Of a DNA stretch of 64,000 nt, positions 1 through 10,083 are shown piece by piece. Source of the stretch: Candidatus Latescibacterota bacterium (GTDB taxonomy: Bacteria > Latescibacterota > UBA2968 > UBA8231). The notes under the pieces are model-generated. The model was not told the DNA's origin. It worked only from the letters and a program-made list of their open reading frames with translations, and searched no databases. The number at the start of each line of letters is the position of its first letter. Within the stretch, counting starts at the first letter, position 1. The stretch covers positions 416,001 through 480,000 of the forward strand of contig CBDCXV010000010.1 in assembly GCA_965223905.1 (NCBI GenBank), read 5' to 3'. Made by a program: the position numbers and the translations under genes.

Positions 1-657
1 GATCGCCGCCAGCTTCTGCTCCTCATGGCCGCGGATATCTATGGCGGCCGCGACCGAGTCGCCCGACACCCCGTACAGGTCCGCGTCGACGTCGGCCATC
101 GCGGCACCTGAATGCTTCTCCTGCGTCTCGCGCAGCGACTCCAGCGGATAGACCGGGTAGTACAGGCGCCCCGGGGCCGGCTGAGCGACGCTGCCGGCCG
201 ACCAGAAGGCCGCGGCCGCGGCGCGGTGAATGGCGACGTGGTCGGCGTGGGGATAGAGTCCGTGGGGATCGAAGGTGATCATCACCTGCGGCTGCAGTTC
301 CGCGATGATCGGCAGGAGCTGCCGCTCCAGAGCCACGGTTTCCTGGTTCATCAGCGCCCGCGGGTTGCCGCGCCCGACCTCGACGGGGAACCCGGAGTCG
401 AAGTGGCCGAGCCAGGTCGGGGGGCTGACCCCCATGACCGCGCAGGCGCCTTCCAGCTCCGCGGCCCGAAATCTTCCCCGTTCCTCCCCCTTGGGGTAGC
501 GGTCCGGGTCGATCCCGGGGTGGACGATCTCTCCCTCCTCCCCGCGGGTGGCGCATACCAGGTGGACGTCGCGCCCCTCGGAGGCTGCCTTTGACAGGGT
601 TCCCCCGCAGATGAACGATTCGTCGTCCGGGTGGGCAAACACCGCCAGCAACCTCAT
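1..657 (-). CDS. PIG-L/LmbE family deacetylase (partial, runs off window start; absent from ORF track)
   Basis: Reverse strand from ATG at 657 reads MRLLAVFAHPDDESFICGGTLSKAASEGRDVHLVCATRGEEG, with the AHPDDE and T.GE PIG-L motifs; purine-rich RBS upstream. Confidence 0.88.
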   Translation of the reverse strand, partial: MRLLAVFAHPDDESFICGGTLSKAASEGRDVHLVCATRGEEGEIVHPGIDPDRYPKGEERGRFRAAELEGACAVMGVSPPTWLGHFDSGFPVEVGRGNPRALMNQETVALERQLLPIIAELQPQVMITFDPHGLYPHADHVAIHRAAAAAFWSAGSVAQPAPGRLYYPVYPLESLRETQEKHSGAAMADVDADLYGVSGDSVAAAIDIRGHEEQKLAAI

Positions 658-825
658 TTCCTCTTTCCCTCCCCTGCGGCTCGCATCCTCATCCGGCCGG
701 TAAATGGCCGGTAGGTGAAAGCGAACCTCTTTCGTATTATTGGCTCGGATGCCGGGCTTCGGGCCGGGCACGGAATATACTGCACCTAGTGTCTCGCACC
801 GCTTCACACACGGGAGGAATACTCA

Positions 826-2889
826 ATGAAGCGACTTCTTCACATCCCGCTGTTCCTCTGCCTCGGCGCTGGCCTGGCCTTCGCCGACAGCCATGAGGGA
901 GATATCACCGAAATGGAGGAGGTCATCGTCACCGGCTCCAAGCTGCCGCAGACGCCGGGCAACGTGACCCAGAAGATCTCCATCATCACCTCCGACGAGA
1001 TCGGCTCCCTGGTCCAGGGCAACGGCAACCTCGCGGAAATCCTCTCCTACAGCCCGGGCAACTTCGCCAACGTCCTGTCCCGCAACGACGCCAACTGGGG
1101 CTCCTCCGGCGGCCTTGCCCACACCTACAAGGGGTACATGCTCGACGGCCTGCCCATCGACGCCTTCGTCGATCTCCAGAGCCTCGACCCCTGGGCCTTC
1201 GAGCGGGTCGAGGACCAGCGCGGCTCCGCCTCCGTCCTCTACCCGACCTACCTGGCCATGGACTTCGCCGGCAACCAGTCCCCGCTGGCAGGCACCGCCA
1301 ACTTCATCCTCCGGGAACGGGTGAGGAACACCCGCACCAGCGCCTCGGTGTACGGCGGCTCCTACAAGACGATGGGCGGCCGCTTCTTTCACCAGCGCGC
1401 CGCCGGCAACCTGCACCTGTTCTTCGGCGGCCACCACGAGGCCTCCGACTACACCTACTACGGCACCTTCGACGAGGAGGGCAATAGAAACTCCTGGCTG
1501 AACATGCTCGAGGACGATTCCCCGAACTACGAGAAGACCAAGATGTACATGCGGGGAACCTACTTCCTCAACGACAGCGGTCAGCGGGTCTCCCTCTACG
1601 CCCACCGCACCTGGCACACGGGCGACGGCGGCCGCCCGAACCGGGACTTCGGCCACGCCTACACCACCCTGAACGCCGCCTACATCCACCCCGTCTCCGA
1701 GCGGATCACCGCCCGCGCCAAGGTCGGCTACCGCGACTACGTCCGCCGCTGGGAGGAAGACAACTTCGCTCGCGATTCTCTTGGGGTGGTCATCCCCGAA
1801 AGCCTCGCCCTGCGCTCCGAGGACGGCGTCGACCAGTCGGTGATGCCGGCCGATCTCTCCGTCTCCGTCATCACCCGCGAGTCGGACGTGCTCACCGTGG
1901 GCGCCGACTACCAGCTCGCCTCGTACAAGAACACGTCAGAGTCGGGCGTGCTGAACACCAACAACGAGGGCACCGCCACCGGCCTGGGCCTCTACGCCCA
2001 GGAGGAGTTCCGGCTGAACAGCCTCACCCTGCGGGCCGGGGCGCGCTACAGCAGCATCTCCCACGACATCGAGCTGTTGAGTGGCGCTCCTCCGGGAGAA
2101 GAGAGCAACTCCTGGAACAAGCTCCTCTCCAGCGCCGGGGCGCGCTACAACCACAGCGACGAGCTGGCCGTGTACACCAATTTTGGCACCAGCTTCAAGG
2201 CTCCTTCCCAGAAGTCGGTGGGCGGCACCGTCCCCGTGGGTAGCACGGACAGCGGCCACCTGCCCAACCCGGACATCCTGCCGGAGTCGGGCACCAGCAT
2301 CGACCTGGGGGTGAACTACCGGCCCATGGAGGACCTGCAGGTAGGCCTGCGGGGCTTCAACATCGTCATCGACGACCAGATCGTGCAGATAGAGGTAGAA
2401 GGCGCCCCCCAGTCGCAGGACATCAACGCCGGCAACACCGCCACGAACGGCGCCGAGTTGGAGGTCACCCACCGCCTTAGCGAGATGGTGGAGTGGTTCG
2501 CCAACTACACCTACACCAACGCCGAGGTGAAAGAGCACGAGAACGAGGATCTGATCGGCGCCAAGATCAACTTCGTTCCCGAGAGGGTTATCGGCCTCGG
2601 CGTCCACCTGACCCTGGCCAAGGGCCTGCGGGCGACGATCACGGCCCAGTCCTACAGCGGCATCTACTCGGATATCAAGAAGGATGATCCAAACAAGGAC
2701 GATGACGACCCCCTCCCCGGGTACAACCTGGTGAACGCCCGGATCCAGTACGGCGTCAGCACCCGGGACGGGTACGATCTGACCCTCTTTCTCGAGCCGT
2801 ACAACCTCACCAACCAGACCTTCGAGATGCCGTGGGGATTTCAGGATCCCGGCTTCTCGACCAACGGCGGCCTGATGGTCAGCTTCTAG
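826..2889 (+). CDS. TonB-dependent outer-membrane receptor (corrinoid/iron-chelate type)
   Basis: Signal peptide, TonB-box-like EEVIVTG, plug region, NPDILPE motif, C-terminal Phe; RBS GGAGG. Confidence 0.9.
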   Translation: MKRLLHIPLFLCLGAGLAFADSHEGDITEMEEVIVTGSKLPQTPGNVTQKISIITSDEIGSLVQGNGNLAEILSYSPGNFANVLSRNDANWGSSGGLAHTYKGYMLDGLPIDAFVDLQSLDPWAFERVEDQRGSASVLYPTYLAMDFAGNQSPLAGTANFILRERVRNTRTSASVYGGSYKTMGGRFFHQRAAGNLHLFFGGHHEASDYTYYGTFDEEGNRNSWLNMLEDDSPNYEKTKMYMRGTYFLNDSGQRVSLYAHRTWHTGDGGRPNRDFGHAYTTLNAAYIHPVSERITARAKVGYRDYVRRWEEDNFARDSLGVVIPESLALRSEDGVDQSVMPADLSVSVITRESDVLTVGADYQLASYKNTSESGVLNTNNEGTATGLGLYAQEEFRLNSLTLRAGARYSSISHDIELLSGAPPGEESNSWNKLLSSAGARYNHSDELAVYTNFGTSFKAPSQKSVGGTVPVGSTDSGHLPNPDILPESGTSIDLGVNYRPMEDLQVGLRGFNIVIDDQIVQIEVEGAPQSQDINAGNTATNGAELEVTHRLSEMVEWFANYTYTNAEVKEHENEDLIGAKINFVPERVIGLGVHLTLAKGLRATITAQSYSGIYSDIKKDDPNKDDDDPLPGYNLVNARIQYGVSTRDGYDLTLFLEPYNLTNQTFEMPWGFQDPGFSTNGGLMVSF

Positions 2890-2893
2890 GTTC

Positions 2894-3994
2894 ATGTCCG
2901 CCGAGGTTTGCGGCCCCGCGGCGCCCTCCCGACCGGGAGCGGCCGCCGCGGGGCGTTTGTTTCTCCTCCTCCTCCTGCTTCTTCTACCGCTCTCCCTCCT
3001 CCTCCCGGGCGGCCCTGCGGCCGCCGAAGGGGTGGCGGTCACTGATTTCCGCGGCAAGCGCATCGAGCTCGAGAAGCCGGCCGAGCGCATCATCTGCCTC
3101 CTCGAGAGCGCCCTCAGCGGGCTCTACATGCTCGGGGCCGAGGACCGCCTCGTCGGCATCTCCACCAACGTCTACCAGGGGAGCGTCTTCCCGTACTACG
3201 CGGCGATGGACGAGCGCATGCGCGAGCGCACCCTGGCGACGCCGGGCAACTGGGACTTCGTCAATATCGAGAGCATGGTGGCCCTGCAACCGGACCTGGT
3301 GATCGTCTGGTCGGGCCAGGAGGAGTCGATTGCCGCCCTCGAGGAGAAGGGGATCCCCGTCTTCGGGGTCTTCATCGAGCGCTTCGAGGATATCCACCGG
3401 GAGATCGCCGCCCTCGGCGAGCTGACCGGCACCCGGGAGCGGGCCGACGAGCTCCTCGCCATCGCCCGGGAGGAGCTGGAGGCGGTGCAGCGCAGGGTCG
3501 CCCCCCTCGAAGGAGAAGGGCCATCCGCCCTGCCGCGCGTCTACTTCATGTGGGCCCAGGGACCGCTGGGGACGGCCGGCCGCAACAGCACCGTGCAGGA
3601 GCTGATCGAGCTGGCCGGCGGGACCAACGTGGCGGCCGGCAGCGACCTGGAAGCCCTGGTGGTCAACCTCGAGAACGTCCTCGTCTGGAACCCGGAGCTG
3701 ATCGTCATGTGGTGCAACGACCGGCTCGACACCGGGGACCTGGGAGAGATGTCAGGATGGCGCACGGTCGCCGCGGTGCGCAACGGGCGGGTGCACGAGC
3801 TTCCCGATCCGTTCTCCTGCGACTTCTGGACCCTGAAGTACATCTTCACCGTCGATCTCGTCGCCCGCTGGTGCCATCCCGACCGGTTCCCGGAAGATGA
3901 CGCCGAGGTCCTGCGGGCCGACCTGCTGAACAAGCTGTACGGGGGGCGCCTGGGAGAGTTGCCGCCCCTGCCCTCGGGACCGGACCGCGGCTGA
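2894..3994 (+). CDS. ABC transporter substrate-binding protein, BtuF/FepB class
   Basis: VTDFRGKRIEL..PAERII, NIESMVALQPDLVI and AVRNGRVHELP motifs; follows the TonB receptor. Confidence 0.88.
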   Translation: MSAEVCGPAAPSRPGAAAAGRLFLLLLLLLLPLSLLLPGGPAAAEGVAVTDFRGKRIELEKPAERIICLLESALSGLYMLGAEDRLVGISTNVYQGSVFPYYAAMDERMRERTLATPGNWDFVNIESMVALQPDLVIVWSGQEESIAALEEKGIPVFGVFIERFEDIHREIAALGELTGTRERADELLAIAREELEAVQRRVAPLEGEGPSALPRVYFMWAQGPLGTAGRNSTVQELIELAGGTNVAAGSDLEALVVNLENVLVWNPELIVMWCNDRLDTGDLGEMSGWRTVAAVRNGRVHELPDPFSCDFWTLKYIFTVDLVARWCHPDRFPEDDAEVLRADLLNKLYGGRLGELPPLPSGPDRG

Positions 3995-4106
3995 GCCCGC
4001 GTCCCTGGTCTCCGGCGTTTCCACCATGGTTGGTTTTTTCTGCCTTTCCTCCATTTTCTCCCATGCTATGCTTCCTGGCTGGTCCCAGTGACAGAGGAGG
4101 ACATAC

Positions 4107-4379
4107 ATGAGCCTGAACATCAAGAACAAGGAGGTCGAGCAGCTGATCGTTGAGGTCACACGGCTCACGGGAGAGAGCAAGACCGAGGCAGTGCGCCGAT
4201 CCCTGGAGGAGCGACGGGCCCGGCTCGCATATCAAGGCGCCGGCAGTGATCGTGGAAAACGGTTGCGCCGATTTCTGGAGACGGAAGTCTGGCCCGATGT
4301 GCCACCGCAGGAGCTGGGCAGAAAGCTGAGTCGGGATGAAGAGGAAGACATCCTGGGCTACGGCAAAGAAGGCGCATGA
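4107..4379 (+). CDS. vapB: VapB-type antitoxin (Rv0623-like)
   Basis: MSLNIKNKEVEQL...LTGESKTEAVRRSLEER...EDILGYG; ATGA overlap with the PIN-domain gene. Confidence 0.85.
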   Translation: MSLNIKNKEVEQLIVEVTRLTGESKTEAVRRSLEERRARLAYQGAGSDRGKRLRRFLETEVWPDVPPQELGRKLSRDEEEDILGYGKEGA

Positions 4380-4760
4380 TTCTCGATTCCTCCCGGTCGT
4401 CGCCATCCTGCTTCAAGAGCCCGAGCACGAAACCCTATCATCAAAGCTCGTCTCGGCCCCAGCCTCGGTATCGGAACTCCAACGCTTCTTGAAACCGCAA
4501 TCGTGTTGTCGGCTCGCCTTGAACGCAACACCCAGGGACTCCTCGCCAACTTCATACAAGAGACCGAAACCGTCGTAATCCCGTTCACCCAGGCCCACTA
4601 CTCCGCGGCCCATCAGGCCTGGCTGAACTATGGTAAAGGACGCCATCCCGCCGCACTCAACTTCGGGGATTGCGCCGCCTACGCTACCGCCCTGCTCGCA
4701 CGCGAGCCCCTGCTCTGCACGGGAGGCGACTTCGCGAAGACCGACCTTTGGCTCGCCTGA
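4376..4760 (+). pseudogene. vapC: VapC PIN-domain toxin, frameshifted
   Basis: Starts MILDSS, shifts frame to VVAILLQEPE, shifts again to GTPTLLETAIV...GRHPAALNFGDC..Y...LLCTGGDF.KTD; at least two indels (real or assembly error). Confidence 0.8.
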
Positions 4761-5250
4761 GTTCAGGATCGGCGGTCTCCTTTTTCCAGCTCGCTCCATC
4801 TCCGGCCGAGCGCAGGCAATGCCGGCTTGTCGGGACCGGAAGCGCAGCTTCGGACTTCGGGACCGTACTAAGTCTGCACGGCGACCGACTATTTCACAGA
4901 CATGTAGCAGGACACAACCCCACGGCCGGAAGCTGGCGCGACAGGGAATCGCCGGTCCCTTCCGCGGGAAACGACAGTTTCCCCAGGCAAGTGGGATCCG
5001 CTTCCCGCTGGGCTATAGGGCTGCCTGCTGAACTATGAGTAGTGGGAGTTTGCCCGGAGGCACTGGGCTGATTCCTGCACCGGCGCCCGCGCTTCCGCGC
5101 TAATGCCGAAATGCGCGCGAAAGCACCAGGTTCGATCGAGTCCGCGGCGGAAGGTGGGGATGCCGATCAGGGAGAGGGGTTGGGGGGCCGGAACCGGGCC
5201 TTGGAACCCGCCCGGCCCCACAACGGACAGCTGCTGCTGAAGGAAGGCTC

Positions 5251-5484
5251 CTAGGGAGCGTACGGATCCTCCGCATCGAGGATCTTCTGCAGCGTCTCCT
5301 TGTCGCCGAAGCGCTGTATCTCGTCCTCGTAGCCCTGCGTCTCGGTGCGGATCTGCAGGACGTGCCAGACGATCCACAGGGCCATTCCGACAACGAACAG
5401 CAGGACTTCCGCACCGACGAAGGGGTACAGGGGGCCGATCTCCGAGATGTTGCCCCCCCAGCTTTCGATGTTTCCCGTAGTCAT
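5251..5484 (-). CDS. Small single-TM membrane protein downstream of amt
   Basis: 77 aa, RBS CAGGAGA, GPLYPFVG motif followed by a hydrophobic helix. Confidence 0.7.
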   Translation of the reverse strand: MTTGNIESWGGNISEIGPLYPFVGAEVLLFVVGMALWIVWHVLQIRTETQGYEDEIQRFGDKETLQKILDAEDPYAP

Positions 5485-5558
5485 GACTTTCTCCTGTATT
5501 CCTGCCTAAGGCTGCTATGCTCTGATCTCCACGCCCCGCAAGGAACGTGGGTGAATCA

Positions 5559-6926
5559 TCAGACCTTGCCGAGCTCCTCGCGCTCGGCGTCGATGATGCC
5601 CTGCTCCTCCTGCGCCCGGTCGTGCGCGGTGCTGTAGTCGAGACCGGCCAGCTCGACTTCCCGCGGAATGCGGAGCCCGCCCAGGGCGTTGATGATCTTG
5701 GCGGCGATCCACCCCGGGATGAAGCCCAACACCGCGAACATGATCACGGCGCCGGCGATCTGACCCAACGGATTGATGGACGCGTAATCCCCGTTGGGGG
5801 AAGAGGGATAGCCCCAGAGCACGAATCCGCAGATGACGACACCGAAGAAGCCGGCGTAGCCGTGCACCGCCACCGCGCCAACCGCGTCGTCGACCTTGAA
5901 CCGGCTTTCCACCCAGTAGTGCATCTTGTACATGAACAGGACGCCGAGGGCGGCGATGATCATCGCCTGGATCGGATGGTACAGGTCGTTGCCTGCCGAG
6001 GCGGCGATGATGCCGGCCAGGCCGGAGGAATAGGTCCAGTAGGCGTCCCCTCTGGAAATGACGTACCCGGCGAGGAGTCCTCCGGACAGGGCCATGAGGA
6101 AGTTCACGGTGATCGCCGACAAGGTCGTGGGAGCGAGGTAGATGTTGGTGGCGGAGTAGAAAGTTCCGTCGCCGCTCTGCACGTCCCACATCGGCACGTT
6201 GCAGGCCACGTAGAACCCCCAGAACCCGGTGTAGATCAGGAACAGTCCGATGGTCACCAGCCAGGGGTTGCGGGGATTCAGGCTCCTCGGGGAGCCGTCC
6301 GGGGCGAACTTGCCGATGCGCGGACCGAGAACCACCAGGACCCCGAGAGCGAAACCGCCCGCAATGGCGTGGATCACCCCGGAGGCATAGGCGTCGTGAT
6401 AGCCGAGCAGCTGCACCATCCATCCTTCGGCGTGCCAGCCCCAGGCCGCGTCGATGACCCAGAACACCGATCCGATCAGGATCGCCAGGATCCAGAAGGC
6501 CGAGGAGCGGATGCGTTCGATGACCGAACCCGAGACGATGGAGGCGGCCGTCCACGAGAACAGGAGAAAGGCCGCCCAGAAGACGCCGTTGAGGCGCGCC
6601 CAACCGTCAGGGTCGCCGGCGCCCCCCATGTGGGGACCCATGAGCTGGCTCCAGGCTACTGCGTGAGGCGCCTCGACGAGGCCGCCGGTAAAGCCGGGTC
6701 CGTTGGGGAAGGCGAAATAGATCCACCAGCCGAAGAAGAAGAAGGTGATGGTGACCAGCGGTATCAGCATCGTGTTCTTCATCAGGGTGTGCATGTGGTT
6801 CTTGTGCCGTGAGACCCCGACTTCGTACATGCAGAAGCCCACGTGGATGAAGAACATGAGCACGACCGTAATCCAGTAGTAGAACTCGGTGAAAATGACA
6901 CTGAGGGAACTCAACTCGGTGGTCAT
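5559..6926 (-). CDS. amt: Ammonium transporter (Amt family, divergent)
   Basis: About 11 TM; SIVSGSVIER, HDAYASGVIH, LGPRIGKF and VDDAVGAVAVHG (twin His retained). Confidence 0.9.
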   Translation of the reverse strand: MTTELSSLSVIFTEFYYWITVVLMFFIHVGFCMYEVGVSRHKNHMHTLMKNTMLIPLVTITFFFFGWWIYFAFPNGPGFTGGLVEAPHAVAWSQLMGPHMGGAGDPDGWARLNGVFWAAFLLFSWTAASIVSGSVIERIRSSAFWILAILIGSVFWVIDAAWGWHAEGWMVQLLGYHDAYASGVIHAIAGGFALGVLVVLGPRIGKFAPDGSPRSLNPRNPWLVTIGLFLIYTGFWGFYVACNVPMWDVQSGDGTFYSATNIYLAPTTLSAITVNFLMALSGGLLAGYVISRGDAYWTYSSGLAGIIAASAGNDLYHPIQAMIIAALGVLFMYKMHYWVESRFKVDDAVGAVAVHGYAGFFGVVICGFVLWGYPSSPNGDYASINPLGQIAGAVIMFAVLGFIPGWIAAKIINALGGLRIPREVELAGLDYSTAHDRAQEEQGIIDAEREELGKV

Positions 6927-7213
6927 CTCTCTCCTCCCTTTTGGCTTTGTGCAGCTGCGGATGACGTGCTAAAAAACGGCCCGGCAGGTTGCCGGATCAA
7001 GGAAAATTTCCGGCCGTTCCGCCGCGGTTGCGGAGGCCCCGGACAGGCCACCGCGCCCCCGTCGAATTCCCGCCCTGTTCATCCGGCGCGGATAATTGGT
7101 AGACTTCCGGGGCCTCCCGGGGCAGTTCCGGTTTCGCGGCCTCCCTCCTCGCGCGCTCGAAACCTGCGCCCCCTCGTCGGAGGAGGTCATTCCCGATACG
7201 CAAGGTCTGGTTC

Positions 7214-8296
7214 ATGCGGGTCCTCTTCATCACCCAGTACGGCGCGTCGTCGGCGAGCAGCCGGACGCGGGTCTTCCAGTACCTCCCCTACCTGCACCGC
7301 TGCGGCGTCGAGACGCGGGTGATCACAGTCGTTCCCGACGGCGGGACCGCGGGGTCGGGACTGCTTGCGACGGAGAGGCCCTGGCGCAAGATCCTCTATT
7401 ACATGGGCACCTGGCTGCGCTCCCTGCTGTGCGGGCTTCAAGCCTGGCTATCGAGTCTCGACTGCGACCTGCTGTTCGTGCAGAAAGTCATCTTCCCCTG
7501 GCCTGTGCGGGTTTTGTTCCGGCTGCGGCGGCCCCGGGTGCTGTTCGATTTCGACGACGCCATCTTCACCACCGAGATCCGCGGCCGGCACTGGACCGCG
7601 GCCTGGAAGGAGCGCAGGAACCGCCGCGGCCTGCCGGCGATGCTGAGGCTGGCGGAGGGGGCGGTCGTCGAGAACGACTACACCGGCGCCTACGCCGCCC
7701 GCTACTGCCAGGTCACCAGGATCACTGGACCGGTAGACACCGAGGCCATCCGTCCCCCCTCGCGGGGGCGGCGCACCGGGGAGACCGTCGTCGTGGGGTG
7801 GATGGGAAGCTCCTCCTCCGCACAGTACCTCGACCTTCTGCGCCCCCCCCTTGCGAGGCTCGGAAAGCGCTGCCCGGGGATAAGGCTCCGCCTGGTCGGG
7901 GTGACGTCCTGGTCCTGTGCGGGGGTTACCGTGGAGGCGAGGGAGTGGAGGCTCGACGAGGAGAGCGGCGACCTGGCGGGGTTCGACATCGGAATCATGC
8001 CGCTGACCGAGGACCCCTGGACCCTCGGGAAGGGAGGCTACAAGCTGCTCCAGTACATGGCTAGCGGGCTGCCCGTCGTCGCCAGCCCCGTCGGGATCAA
8101 CAGGGAAATCGTGGTGGACGGGGTCAGCGGTTTTCTCGCCGGCACGGATGCGGAGTGGGAGGAGAAGCTGTTCCAGCTGGTCGTCGATCCGGAGCTGGGG
8201 GCCCGGATGGGCCGGATGGGAAGGGAACGGGTCGAGGCCGAGTACTCCCTCGCCAGCCAGCAGGAGAGGTTCCTCGAGCTGCTCCGGGGTCAGTGA
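7214..8296 (+). CDS. Glycosyltransferase family 4
   Basis: ASSRTRVFQY, FDFDDAIF, DIGIMPL...KGGYKLLQYMASGLPVVASPVG. Confidence 0.9.
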   Translation: MRVLFITQYGASSASSRTRVFQYLPYLHRCGVETRVITVVPDGGTAGSGLLATERPWRKILYYMGTWLRSLLCGLQAWLSSLDCDLLFVQKVIFPWPVRVLFRLRRPRVLFDFDDAIFTTEIRGRHWTAAWKERRNRRGLPAMLRLAEGAVVENDYTGAYAARYCQVTRITGPVDTEAIRPPSRGRRTGETVVVGWMGSSSSAQYLDLLRPPLARLGKRCPGIRLRLVGVTSWSCAGVTVEAREWRLDEESGDLAGFDIGIMPLTEDPWTLGKGGYKLLQYMASGLPVVASPVGINREIVVDGVSGFLAGTDAEWEEKLFQLVVDPELGARMGRMGRERVEAEYSLASQQERFLELLRGQ

Positions 8297-8484
8297 GCTT
8301 ACCCACGCCCCGCCCCAACAAGCGCGGCCGCTTGAAAACAGCCGGCGGATCCTCCGGAAGGTAGACCGCGGCTCCGGTTGGCCGCATCTCCTCCCTCCGT
8401 CCTACCGGGGCCGGGATTCAGCTGCAGACAGGCAGGCTTTTTCGAAGCCAGACGTAAAGCCGGGGGGCCAGGACCACCGGGCAG

Positions 8485-8523
8485 AAAAAAGCCCCCGGCG
8501 GCACGTACCGACCACCGGGGGCT
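8485..8523 (-). terminator. Rho-independent terminator of the spondin lipoprotein gene
   Basis: AGCCCCCGG...CCGGGGGCT hairpin with an A-run on + (U-tail on -). Confidence 0.75.
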
Positions 8524-8597
8524 ATCTGCTGTTAAGTCAGCGGTGACTTGGCGAAACCGACCTCCTGTACCAGGCGGCCGATCCTCAAACGCCAGCC

Positions 8598-9671
8598 TTA
8601 GCTACCCGAGGAAGAATCGTCGGTACCATCGCCGCCATCACCGTCTCCATCGTCATCATCCCCCATATCCCCGTCGTCACCGCCATCACCATCGGTGCCG
8701 GAATCGCCGCCATCGTCGGTGCCGTCGTCATCACCCTCGTCGTCCATACCGTCGTCATCGGCCATACCGTCGCCGTCACCCATACCGTCATCATCCTCGC
8801 CTTCCATCCCGTCATCCTCTTCCATCCCATCGTCCTCTTCCATCCCGTCATCCATCATGTCCTTCAGGGGGGTGATGGTGACGGTGATGACGCTGGCGGT
8901 CTCGGGGTATTCGAACTCGTCGTCCACCAAGCGAACGGTACCTCCCTCGTCCTCACCCGTGTTCGGTCCGGACTGGTTCATCGGCTGATCGGCACCCGTC
9001 CCGGGCTCCTGGTTGACCTCGGTGCCGGCGTCCCAGAGCATGACCTGGTCGGTGATGTCGCCTTTGATCGGGGAGCCGTCCTCGAACAGGGCAATACCCA
9101 TCGCACCGGGAGCGAAGAACAGGTCGTTCGACTGAACGAACATGGTGGCAAACGACATGGAATTACCCGGCTCGGCCTGGAACTCGAACTCATAGGTATT
9201 TCCCGGACCCATTCCATCCCCTGGACCCAGGGGCCCAGGCGAATCGCTGCCATCAGGCGTATTGAATACAGCGGTACCGATTGCTTCGGCCAGAGGGCCG
9301 GGGTTGCCGTCTTCCGCCAGGGCTTCCAGGCCCTCGCCGCGGTCGGCTTCACCCTCGGTGAAAAGGGGCTCTCCGTCGCTGTGGACGACGAATACTCCAG
9401 GCGCGAGATGATAAGGCGCATCTTCGGTGGTGACATTCTCTATCACCACCTTGAACGCCTGCGGGCCCATCTCTTCGTCCATCTTTTTGGGAGGCTTCGG
9501 GCGCGACTCGGACAGACCCGCTACGGGAGCACTCAGGGTAATGCTGCTGCCCGTGCGCTTGGCGGCCACCTCCGTGTCCACGTCCGGCTGTTTGGAAGAA
9601 ACAGGGTCGCGGTCGGTGCAGCTGCTCAGCGTCAGGACACAAGAGAGCAGACAAAACAGAACGAACTTCAT
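8598..9671 (-). CDS. Spondin_N-domain lipoprotein with Asp/Gly-rich C-terminal tail
   Basis: Probable start MKFVLFCLL (lipobox LSSC); F.V.IENVT, LEALAEDGNP, FATMFVQSNDLFFA and LWDAGTEVNQEPG spondin motifs; DDG-rich tail. Confidence 0.85.
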   Translation of the reverse strand: MKFVLFCLLSCVLTLSSCTDRDPVSSKQPDVDTEVAAKRTGSSITLSAPVAGLSESRPKPPKKMDEEMGPQAFKVVIENVTTEDAPYHLAPGVFVVHSDGEPLFTEGEADRGEGLEALAEDGNPGPLAEAIGTAVFNTPDGSDSPGPLGPGDGMGPGNTYEFEFQAEPGNSMSFATMFVQSNDLFFAPGAMGIALFEDGSPIKGDITDQVMLWDAGTEVNQEPGTGADQPMNQSGPNTGEDEGGTVRLVDDEFEYPETASVITVTITPLKDMMDDGMEEDDGMEEDDGMEGEDDDGMGDGDGMADDDGMDDEGDDDGTDDGGDSGTDGDGGDDGDMGDDDDGDGDGGDGTDDSSSGS

Positions 9672-9971
9672 GCGTAACCTCCATTTGATGGAAGGGGGTG
9701 AAAAATGGAAATGACTGCCTTCGGGGCCCGGAGGGGCTGGAATCTGCCCTTGATGTTCCGCCGAATTGCCCCTGCAGGATCGTACCCCAAAAAAAGGAAC
9801 GCCTGAGAAGACCGTGTGAGGACTTGGGGGACCTCGGCTCCCAGGTACCAGTTTCGAGGTGGGCTTACCCCCCCACCCAGGGCAAAGTAGCGACCGCATT
9901 GCGAGTTTGCCGTCGATTGGGATGATCACATGCTCTACCCGGCGAACGCCGGACCAAACTTTGAAGTTCCC

Positions 9972-10014
9972 AAAAAAAAAGCCCCCGGCGGCCTGTACCG
10001 GCCACCGGGGGCTT
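9972..10014 (-). terminator. Rho-independent terminator, paralogous to 8485-8523
   Basis: A9-GCCCCCGG...CCGGGGGCTT hairpin. Confidence 0.75.
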
Positions 10015-10083
10015 CCTGTTCCTGATGCATTTTCTACTAAAACCGGCCTCCTGTACCAGGGGGCCGGTCCTCAAACGCTAACC

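Noticed and set aside
658-825. Possible cobalamin riboswitch upstream of the TonB receptor
   Set aside because: Conserved B12-element motifs were not found and the region is short; an Rfam scan would be decisive
6960-6990. Sigma-54-like GG-N10-GC upstream of amt on the - strand
   Set aside because: Poor match to TGGCAC...TTGC; could be chance
8325-8450. Possible degenerate MITE (CTTGAAAACAGCC ... GGCTTTTTCGAAG)
   Set aside because: Ends are imperfect and no target duplication is seen
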